IMG/VR virus record: IMGVR_UViG_3300017917_000952
Location: 1-64,000 of that record
Direction: 5' to 3' (one strand)
DNA: 64,000 bases
The notes beneath the pieces are model-generated. The model searched no databases and was not told where the DNA came from. It saw only the letters and a program-made list of their open reading frames with translations. A program made the translations under genes and the position numbers. Positions 57,253 to 64,000 of this stretch are shown piece after piece (the stretch's first letter is position 1; each line of letters opens with the position of its first letter).

Positions 57253-57979
57253 TGAAGGTCTACGCTCGAAAGATCTAAAAGATTACGTAAGTGATCTTTT
57301 TACTGTTGACCAATATCGTAGCAAGATGGGGGAAGACCGAGACATCGTTGTCTTAGGATTTCGCGTAAACGAAAAACACCCTGCTGCTGACCTAATGGAA
57401 TTCATGGAACGCGGATACAATTTTATTTTAGATGCTGATATGAGTGCAGGAGAAGAGCACGACGGAAAATATCAAGTGTTTGTTGAGATCGAAAGAACTG
57501 AAGAATTTCCGGAACAACTAGAATCACTGTTAAGGGGTATCGGACAATTAACAGACATTAGAGAATGGCGATATCGCTATCAGAAGTCTAGCAATAGTGT
57601 TGAGTATAAGAAAGAAACTATTAAAGAACACATTCCTTTAACTCCCCAAGAATACGAACAAAAAGTTTTAGAATTTAAGACTACTGATGTTAAAGAGTTT
57701 TTTGACCAGGGTAGTGTAGATGTAGAGTTAGATGAGGATAATAATTTAACTTTCAAGAAGCCTTACGCAGGTGATGTAACTGCAAAATTTATTTCTATCG
57801 GTGACTACGAAGATGTAAAACATACTGTCCCTGGCGGAATAAACCTAGATGAAAGTAGTCAAGGACAAGTTCTATTCCTAAACAAATTCTTAGGTAACTA
57901 CGACATCAATAAGATAGGTAATAAATTTTTAATTCGTAATAAAGATAAGGCAATTGTAATAGAAAAAGGTAGGTGGTAA
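57224..57979 (+). CDS. Hypothetical acidic phage protein
   Basis: GGAG RBS at about 57210, ATG 57224. Confidence 0.7.
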   Translation: MQNQKHQRLDEGLRSKDLKDYVSDLFTVDQYRSKMGEDRDIVVLGFRVNEKHPAADLMEFMERGYNFILDADMSAGEEHDGKYQVFVEIERTEEFPEQLESLLRGIGQLTDIREWRYRYQKSSNSVEYKKETIKEHIPLTPQEYEQKVLEFKTTDVKEFFDQGSVDVELDEDNNLTFKKPYAGDVTAKFISIGDYEDVKHTVPGGINLDESSQGQVLFLNKFLGNYDINKIGNKFLIRNKDKAIVIEKGRW

Positions 57980-57980
57980 A

Positions 57981-58454
57981 GTGTGGCAACTGTCATGGAT
58001 GCTTAGTTTTATTCCGACTGCATTATGGTCTATATTGCTTTGGGGTAGCCTAGCAACTTTTGCTGCAACTTATTTTCTTACATTCATCAAGCCTCTTGCA
58101 ATCTACGCACATATCATTAGACCGATTGCACTTGTAATTGCTTTCTTTTCCGTATATTGGTTAGGCGGCGCCGACGTTGAAGAACGTTGGCAAGCAAAGG
58201 TAAAGGACCTTGAAAATAAAGTTGCAGTGGCTGAAGAACAGGCTCGTACTGCAAATGCAAAGATTGAAACAAAAGTAATAACCAAGACTAAGGTAGTAAA
58301 AGAAAAGGGCGATCAAATTGTTCAATATGTTGATCGTGTTGTAACACAAGATAAGGAAGTTGTTAAGTTTGTTGAACGCTGTCCTATACCTCCTGCTGTT
58401 GTTAACACTATCAATGCCGCAGCAAAAAATCAACCAATAGAGGAAAAGAAATGA
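57981..58454 (+). CDS. Inner-membrane spanin candidate (Rz-like)
   Basis: N-terminal TM helices, then an Ala/Lys coiled coil and CPIPP, in the lysis region. Confidence 0.65.
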   Translation: MWQLSWMLSFIPTALWSILLWGSLATFAATYFLTFIKPLAIYAHIIRPIALVIAFFSVYWLGGADVEERWQAKVKDLENKVAVAEEQARTANAKIETKVITKTKVVKEKGDQIVQYVDRVVTQDKEVVKFVERCPIPPAVVNTINAAAKNQPIEEKK

Positions 58455-58723
58455 AGCACATTGCATTTCTATTAGTTCCTATGTTACTAGTTGGGTGTGG
58501 AACTACTGCACCTGTTACAGTTAAATTTCCAGAGGCACCGTCAGTTCTTTTAGAAAAGTGTCCGCCTTTACAAACTATCGAGAAAGAAGAAGTAAGCATT
58601 ATAGACATTACAAAAAATGTAACAGTAAACTATACCACTTATCACGAATGTGGAATAAAGGTAGAAAATTGGATCGAATGGTATAACGATCAAAAGAAGA
58701 TTTTTGAAAAGATTAAACGATGA
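58451..58723 (+). CDS. Outer-membrane lipoprotein spanin candidate (Rz1-like)
   Basis: Lipobox LVGC, Pro-rich segment, YHEC. Confidence 0.65.
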   Translation: MKHIAFLLVPMLLVGCGTTAPVTVKFPEAPSVLLEKCPPLQTIEKEEVSIIDITKNVTVNYTTYHECGIKVENWIEWYNDQKKIFEKIKR

Positions 58724-59124
58724 AAAAATTACTTTTAATCCTAGTCGCATTATCATTAAGTGGGTGTGCCGTAGTTGATGCTTTTCTAATGACCAAATAT
58801 GATCCTAACGAATATCAACTAATTACCAATGTTCGCTTGCAAGCACAGCAGGCAAAAGAACAGTGTGGTGATGCCGCTGTAAGCAAACAGAACGCCGTTA
58901 GGATCAATTCCGACACACAGATGTTCATGTTATATAGCGAACATATTCCACGCAACAAAGACATGATTGATGCTTCTAAAAGTTTATATGAAATTGCCAA
59001 AGGACTTAATGATCAATACATTAAATCAGACAAAGTAAGTCCTGCGTTTTGCCGAATAAAATTTCAAAACATAGAAACCTCGGCAGATAAAATTCAAACT
59101 GTTATATCAGGGAGGCCGAGATGA
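58720..59124 (+). CDS. Second lipoprotein of the lysis region
   Basis: Lipobox LSGC; two further Cys. Confidence 0.7.
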   Translation: MKKLLLILVALSLSGCAVVDAFLMTKYDPNEYQLITNVRLQAQQAKEQCGDAAVSKQNAVRINSDTQMFMLYSEHIPRNKDMIDASKSLYEIAKGLNDQYIKSDKVSPAFCRIKFQNIETSADKIQTVISGRPR

Positions 59125-59381
59125 GTGTAGAGCAACATCAACAAGAACTATTAACTTGTTATCAAAACACCGCAGATCCAAAGATGCAGAGTGCTGCTGA
59201 ACAAGCAAATAGTTACACAGAATTACTAAAGGCCGGACAAATTAGTCGAGATGAATATATAGAACTAATGGAAGATATTAAGCGTCAGGCTAACATAGAT
59301 CAACGTGTAGAACATCAACAACTGTTAATACACATGAACACTGCAATTAACGGACTAATCAGTCTAGCAAAACTAGTTTAA
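59121..59381 (+). CDS. Hypothetical helical protein
   Basis: ATGA-coupled to the lipoprotein gene. Confidence 0.65.
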   Translation: MSVEQHQQELLTCYQNTADPKMQSAAEQANSYTELLKAGQISRDEYIELMEDIKRQANIDQRVEHQQLLIHMNTAINGLISLAKLV

Positions 59382-59392
59382 AGGAAATACCA

Positions 59393-60016
59393 ATGTCAGC
59401 ATTTATTTTACCAAAAGAGCAATTCGCACAGATTTTAAAAGGAAACCCATACGTAGATTATTGGTATCATGCACTTGAACAGTGCTTGCCTGATTACGAT
59501 ATTAATAGTCCGCAGCGTGTTTCTGCATTCTTAGCACAGTGTATGCATGAAAGCGGTAACTTTAAATTTCTAAAAGAAAATTTAAACTATCGTGCAGAAA
59601 GTCTAATGCGTGTATGGCCTCGCTATTTTCCTAACATCGAAATTGCACGTCAATATGCACAGAAACCGGAAATGATTGCAAATCGAGCCTACGGTGGGCG
59701 TATGGGCAATGGTCCAGAAGAAACTGGTGACGGTTGGAAGTTCTGTGGACGAGGTCTTATTCAGTTAACTGGCCGTAATAACTATCAAGCATTTGCCGAC
59801 AGCATTGAAACACCCATTGACGATATTCCCGAGTATCTTCAGACCTTCGAAGGCGCTGTACAGAGCGCCTGTTGGTTCTGGGAAACAAATAATCTAAATC
59901 AATGGGCAGACCGCGGAGATATGGTTACACTGACCAAACGAATCAATGGCGGCACACTAGGTCTCGAAGACCGTATTAAACACTATCAACACATCTTACA
60001 TATTTTAGGAGCATAA
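59393..60016 (+). CDS. Glycoside hydrolase family 19 endolysin
   Basis: AFLAQCMHES, ENLNY, GRGLIQLTGRNNY, SACWFW, TKRINGG..GLEDR. Confidence 0.93.
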   Translation: MSAFILPKEQFAQILKGNPYVDYWYHALEQCLPDYDINSPQRVSAFLAQCMHESGNFKFLKENLNYRAESLMRVWPRYFPNIEIARQYAQKPEMIANRAYGGRMGNGPEETGDGWKFCGRGLIQLTGRNNYQAFADSIETPIDDIPEYLQTFEGAVQSACWFWETNNLNQWADRGDMVTLTKRINGGTLGLEDRIKHYQHILHILGA

Positions 60017-60017
60017 C

Positions 60018-60584
60018 ATGGCAGGATTAGTAGATTCAGTATTAGGATTACTTCGTAAAGAACCGAAGGACCCAGACGCACCAAAGCCGCCGGTGGGCAG
60101 TCGTAGCGAGCGAGAAGCAAAGATTAAAGATAAAGCAGGTCTAGTTATCAACGTCTTTGCATTATTGTTAGCCATTAACTCCTGGTATGGGGGTAAACTA
60201 TCGAGCACGGTATTAAACAATACTATTGCTGCAAACAATCAATGGTCTTGGTACCAGGCAAAGAACGTCCGAGAAGTTCTATACACAACTAGCGCCCTAG
60301 AAGCAAAGGTTCCTGAGAACAAAGCAAAGTTTGAGGCAGAAGCCGCACGTATGAATGCCGATAAGAAAGAAATCTTAGAAAAGGCTACCAAACTAGAAAA
60401 AGAACGCGACGAAGCAAAACTACGTAGCCCGTGGATTGGTTATGCTAATACTGCATATCAATTAGCGATTGTGTTACTGTCTGCGAGTATTCTTGCTGTC
60501 AGTATGCCTTTATTCTGGGGCAGTTTTGTAGTTGCTGGAATTGGCTTATTATTAAGCAGCCAAGGACTATTTCTCTGGCTTTAA
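60018..60584 (+). CDS. DUF4337-like membrane protein
   Basis: TM helix, ANNQWSWYQAK, coiled coil, two C-terminal TM helices. Confidence 0.7.
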   Translation: MAGLVDSVLGLLRKEPKDPDAPKPPVGSRSEREAKIKDKAGLVINVFALLLAINSWYGGKLSSTVLNNTIAANNQWSWYQAKNVREVLYTTSALEAKVPENKAKFEAEAARMNADKKEILEKATKLEKERDEAKLRSPWIGYANTAYQLAIVLLSASILAVSMPLFWGSFVVAGIGLLLSSQGLFLWL

Positions 60585-61456
60585 TTTATACCAAACTGGC
60601 TTTTAATTAGTCGCACAGGAACATTCCTAGAAACTACTTCCCCTAATTTTTGTCTTCGGGGAACAATGTAGTTTAGAGCTAGGTCTGTTCCTGTTATCTT
60701 TTCGAAGCCGTCATATTTCATCCTACGTGGCATTTCTGGCCAGTACTTATGATATACAGTTAGTTTTTCGGGGCTAGTTGTTGGCCACACTGTAACAAAA
60801 TATTCAGGATCAGTTAACATAAAATTTATTAACCCTTGGCTAAAGTAGGAAGCCATAATTTCAGAATTTTGCCAATAGAAATATGGAAAGTGTTTTTGGT
60901 TATTATTCTTTAACCAATCAAGACACATAAACTCATCTATTTTAAAATTCAAACATATTTCACCGTCTACAGTAAAGAACGGCGACGGGCCGCCGCCGAG
61001 TACCGCAGTATATCCTAAAGATTCTGCAAGTTCAAAAAGATACAACTGTTGAAATCTAAAAGTTCTCCAAGTAACATAACCCTGTTCGATATATTTAGGA
61101 ATTTTGTTAATAACAAAATCTTCAAAGTCAAAGTCGATAACAATGTGTTTTAAATTCCTGTCTCGGCAAAATTTTATTGCCCAATCTACATCGTGATTGT
61201 TTGTTCCTTTTATGTGCCTTAAACTTAATGCAGTGAATTCAATATTGTTTTCTATAAATGCACGAGCAACTACTTCGCTATCGATGCCTCCGCTCATACA
61301 CAGTAATAAAGGTCTATCAGTTAGAGAACGTATTTGTTTGGCCGTTTCATATACTTCTTGTTTCCAGCCTAATAAAGGTCGAGTTACTGGCTTGAACTTA
61401 ATATCAAAAGTTCCATCAGCAGTATATGAATAATCAAAATTCACAATATCTTTCAT
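60581..61456 (-). CDS. PP-loop ATPase (asparagine synthase-like), paralogue A
   Basis: CMSGGIDSE PP-loop; clearly similar to 61458-62330. Confidence 0.7.
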   Translation of the reverse strand: MKDIVNFDYSYTADGTFDIKFKPVTRPLLGWKQEVYETAKQIRSLTDRPLLLCMSGGIDSEVVARAFIENNIEFTALSLRHIKGTNNHDVDWAIKFCRDRNLKHIVIDFDFEDFVINKIPKYIEQGYVTWRTFRFQQLYLFELAESLGYTAVLGGGPSPFFTVDGEICLNFKIDEFMCLDWLKNNNQKHFPYFYWQNSEIMASYFSQGLINFMLTDPEYFVTVWPTTSPEKLTVYHKYWPEMPRRMKYDGFEKITGTDLALNYIVPRRQKLGEVVSRNVPVRLIKSQFGIN

Positions 61457-61457
61457 T

Positions 61458-62330
61458 TTAAATTCCTAGTTGTTCTCTAATTAAAGATACAGGTATATAT
61501 TGAGATACCGGATCTCCTAATTCTTTCCTTCGTGGATGTACATAGTTAATAGTGAAATCGGCTGTTTTTAAATTTTCAAAGCCGTTAAACTTTTTTCGTC
61601 GTTTCATCTCGGGCCAATTTTTATGATACACAAACATTTTATCATAACTAGTATCATTGCCCCAAACGTTAACAAAATAAGAAGGATCTTTATGCATATA
61701 CTGTATTAACTTATCGTTTAGATAAGATGCATAAAGTTCAGAATTCTGCATATGAAAGAATGGAAAATGTAGTTTTTTGTTATTTTTCAACCATTCCACA
61801 CACATAAAAAAATCACTTTTAAAGTTTATACATATCTCGTTATTCTTAGTTATGTATGTCTGTTCTCCGCCACCTAAAACTGTGGTTCCTCCAAGAGATT
61901 CTGCTAGTTCAAAAAGGTATATCTGTTGAAATCTAAATGTGCGCCACGACCGATATCCTTGTTCTATATAGAAGGGAATATTATTTCTAATAAAGAAAGA
62001 AATATCAAAATCTACAATCTTATGAGGAATATTGTAGGCCTTACAAAATTCTCTAGCATAAACTATGTCGTGTTCATTAGTTCCAGCATTATGTCTGAGA
62101 GTTAATGCTGTAAATTCTATACCTGCTTTAATAAAACTTCTAGCAGCAACTTCACCGTCTATCCCGCCGCTTAGACATAGGAATAAAGGCTTGTCAGTAA
62201 GAGCTCTAATATTTTTTGCTGTTTGAATTAATTCACTTTTCCAATCTAACAGCGGGCGGCTTATGGGATTGAAATTTATCTTAAAGGTGCCGTCCTGGTT
62301 AAGTAGATAAGTAAAGTTTACATTATTCAT
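61458..62330 (-). CDS. PP-loop ATPase (asparagine synthase-like), paralogue B
   Basis: CLSGGIDGE; shares IEQGY.(S/T)WRTFRFQQ.YLFELAESLG with paralogue A. Confidence 0.7.
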   Translation of the reverse strand: MNNVNFTYLLNQDGTFKINFNPISRPLLDWKSELIQTAKNIRALTDKPLFLCLSGGIDGEVAARSFIKAGIEFTALTLRHNAGTNEHDIVYAREFCKAYNIPHKIVDFDISFFIRNNIPFYIEQGYRSWRTFRFQQIYLFELAESLGGTTVLGGGEQTYITKNNEICINFKSDFFMCVEWLKNNKKLHFPFFHMQNSELYASYLNDKLIQYMHKDPSYFVNVWGNDTSYDKMFVYHKNWPEMKRRKKFNGFENLKTADFTINYVHPRRKELGDPVSQYIPVSLIREQLGI

Positions 62331-62344
62331 GGGTAGAGGTATTT

Positions 62345-62716
62345 ATGTTAAATTTAATGGTTAAATCAAAAATTCACAGGGCAACAGTTACAGATGGAAA
62401 TCTTGCATACAAGGGAAGTATAACAGTAGATAGGAAGTTAATGAAGGCAGCAAATTTGCGACCTTTTGAATTCGTTCATGTTAACAATCTAAGCAATGCC
62501 CAACACTGGGAAACTTATGTAATTCCTGGAAACGACGGAGAGATTATCCTAAACGGGCCACCTGCAAGATTATTTCAAAAGGGCGACAAAGTTGTTATAT
62601 TAGGGTTCAGTTATCTATCAAACGACGAATTATCTACATTTGAGCACGTAGATGTAATGGTTACAGAAACTAACGAAATCACTAACGTGATCGTTTCAAA
62701 AAGCGATTTTGAATAA
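62345..62716 (+). CDS. panD: Aspartate 1-decarboxylase
   Basis: KSKIHRATVT, YKG|SITVD self-cleavage site, ETYVI (Tyr58), GDKVVI; GAGGT RBS. Confidence 0.9.
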   Translation: MLNLMVKSKIHRATVTDGNLAYKGSITVDRKLMKAANLRPFEFVHVNNLSNAQHWETYVIPGNDGEIILNGPPARLFQKGDKVVILGFSYLSNDELSTFEHVDVMVTETNEITNVIVSKSDFE

Positions 62717-62736
62717 ATAAATTAACACTACACAAA

Positions 62737-63270
62737 ATGGAGCAACACATGTCCGAAGAAAAAATGAGCGAAAGCCAAAAGAAAAAAGAAGATTGGATGA
62801 ACGCTAAATGGCGTCCTATGATGGGATGGATGTACATGGTCGTCTGTATGATGGACATGGTAATCTTTCCTGTTCTTTGGAGTCTATTGCAAACATTCGC
62901 AAAAGTACCTCTAACCCAGTGGAACCCATTAACTCTACAGGGTGCTGGACTATTCCATATCGCTATGGGTGCAGTTCTAGGTATTGCAGCATTTGGAAGA
63001 ACACAAGAAAAATTAAACGGAGCAAACAATGGCGGCGCACAATTACCATCAAGCGGGTTTGCAGCATCTAGCGTACCTGCGTCAGGCGGTTTCGGAACAC
63101 CAGTTGCAGCAAGCGGCTTTGGGGCAGTCGGTAGCACAGTACCCGCGTATGGCGGAGGTGGCTTTGGAAGCGTATCTAGTACACCAACAGCGGACACAGG
63201 CTTCGGACAAGTTACCACAGGTTTCGGAGGAAAGCCTGCACCAATCCAACCTCCACAACCGTTAATTTAA
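62737..63270 (+). CDS. Holin-like membrane protein with a Gly/Ser-rich tail
   Basis: KWRPMMGWMY, WNPLTL, LGIAAFGRTQEK (3TM holin-like); low-complexity GFG repeats. Confidence 0.65.
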   Translation: MEQHMSEEKMSESQKKKEDWMNAKWRPMMGWMYMVVCMMDMVIFPVLWSLLQTFAKVPLTQWNPLTLQGAGLFHIAMGAVLGIAAFGRTQEKLNGANNGGAQLPSSGFAASSVPASGGFGTPVAASGFGAVGSTVPAYGGGGFGSVSSTPTADTGFGQVTTGFGGKPAPIQPPQPLI

Positions 63271-63280
63271 GGAAACACTT

Positions 63281-63508
63281 ATGAAGAAAATTATTTTTGT
63301 TGCAGGTCTTGCCCTAAGCCTAGCATTCCCAACATTTGCAGCAGACGAAGGTCCGGGCAAAGGTGAAATGAAAACTGTTTGCCATCCAAAAAAAGATAAG
63401 GCCGGCAAAGAGGTAAAAGGTAAAGACGGAAAAGTTGTAGAAGAATGCAAGCAGATCAAGGTTCGCAAGAAACTAGAAGGAACAGAAATTCCTCCTGCTA
63501 AGAAGTAA
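63281..63508 (+). CDS. Small exported basic protein with two Cys
   Basis: Signal peptide MKKIIFVAGLALSLAFPTFA; KTVCH...EECKQ; AAGGA RBS. Confidence 0.7.
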   Translation: MKKIIFVAGLALSLAFPTFAADEGPGKGEMKTVCHPKKDKAGKEVKGKDGKVVEECKQIKVRKKLEGTEIPPAKK

Positions 63509-63512
63509 CTAC

Positions 63513-63556
63513 TTGACAAATCCAAAAAGGTATAGTAAAATTTACTATACCTTTTT
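63513..63556 (+). promoter_or_regulatory. Sigma70-like promoter overlapped by a perfect 33-bp palindrome
   Basis: TTGACA-17-TAAAAT; AAAAAGGTATAGTAAA-A-TTTACTATACCTTTTT at 63524-63556. Confidence 0.7.
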
Positions 63557-63561
63557 CTATT

Positions 63562-64000
63562 ATGGCTGACCATTATCAAACACTCGGCGTAGACCGAACT
63601 GCCTCACAAGATGATATCAAAAAAGCGTTCCGCAAACTTGCGGCACAGCATCATCCTGACCGCGGCGGGGACACGGCCAAATTTCAAGAAATACAGGCTG
63701 CGTATGCTACACTTAGCGATCCAGAAAAACGGGCGCAGTACGACAACCCTACTCCACAATTTGAAGGCTTCCGACAATATGGCGGTATGCCTCCCGGGTT
63801 TGAAGATGTTATAAATCAAATGTTTGGAGGTAATCATCCGTTTAATGATATTTTTGGAAGACCGCATCCGACTCAACCTAAAAACAGAATATTAAACATC
63901 CAGACTACAATTACATTGGAAGAAGCATTCTCTGGTAAGGAGATGGTGGCGAACATCACTCTGCCCAGCGGCCGTGATCAAATTTTACAAATTAAAATTC
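63562..64000 (+). CDS. dnaJ: DnaJ/CbpA-like co-chaperone (truncated by the window end; absent from the ORF track)
   Basis: [36 protein letters not shown] (HPD motif), G/F-rich linker, ITLEEAFSG. Confidence 0.92.
   Translation, partial: MADHYQTLGVDRTASQDDIKKAFRKLAAQHHPDRGGDTAKFQEIQAAYATLSDPEKRAQYDNPTPQFEGFRQYGGMPPGFEDVINQMFGGNHPFNDIFGRPHPTQPKNRILNIQTTITLEEAFSGKEMVANITLPSGRDQILQIKI

Noticed and set aside
3831-62330. Calling the SGGxDS proteins QueC, AsnB or lasso cyclases
   Set aside because: I see no C-terminal Cys zinc cluster (QueC), no N-terminal Cys glutaminase domain (AsnB), and no recognisable lasso B1/B2 genes or precursor. They are left as unassigned PP-loop ATPases.
63524-63556. CIRCE element upstream of dnaJ
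   Set aside because: The sequence does not resemble TTAGCACTC-N9-GAGTGCTAA.
1-64000. tRNA/rRNA genes, integrase, transposase, introns or stop-codon reassignment
   Set aside because: I saw no T-arm GTTCGAATC-type cloverleaf or recombinase motif. Known genes are full length and tile densely under the standard bacterial code. A tRNAscan/Infernal run would be needed to exclude small RNAs fully.
1-64000. Window as a bacterial chromosome segment, given the many metabolic genes
   Set aside because: The genes are isolated pathway fragments interleaved with tail, lysis and replication genes, many small unknown ORFs and T4-type late boxes, with no housekeeping operons.

Overview
The whole window reads as part of a large lytic tailed-phage genome (Caudoviricetes, jumbo-phage style), not a bacterial chromosome. 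Genes are densely packed. It carries tail and baseplate genes (38.7-50.5 kb), a clamp-loader subunit, a DnaE fragment, PhoH, GroES, ClpP, DnaJ, UvsE and a GH19 endolysin/spanin/holin lysis region. Two promoter classes are visible: sigma70-like TTGACA-17-TANAAT boxes and T4-late-like (T/A)TAAATA boxes. Spanin-like genes imply a Gram-negative host. Three Bug/TctC binding proteins hint at Burkholderiales (inference). The most striking content is a roughly 18-kb accessory island at 0.1-18 kb. It holds an acyl-CoA ligase, SDR, BKACE, two PP-loop (SGGxDS) ATPases, four orphan solute-binding proteins (one DctP without a signal peptide), four 2OG-Fe(II)-type oxygenases, a B12 radical SAM enzyme, a PLP enzyme and a carbamoyltransferase. 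Two more PP-loop paralogues and PanD sit inside the lysis region. Many of these accessory genes appear to be driven by late promoters that would give leaderless mRNAs. A 2009-aa Asn/Ser/Thr-rich repeat tail fibre, dense in N-X-S/T sequons, is a candidate substrate for this late modification machinery (hypothesis). I found no tRNA, rRNA, CRISPR array, integrase or transposase. All functional calls come from motif recognition by eye; no database searches were run.
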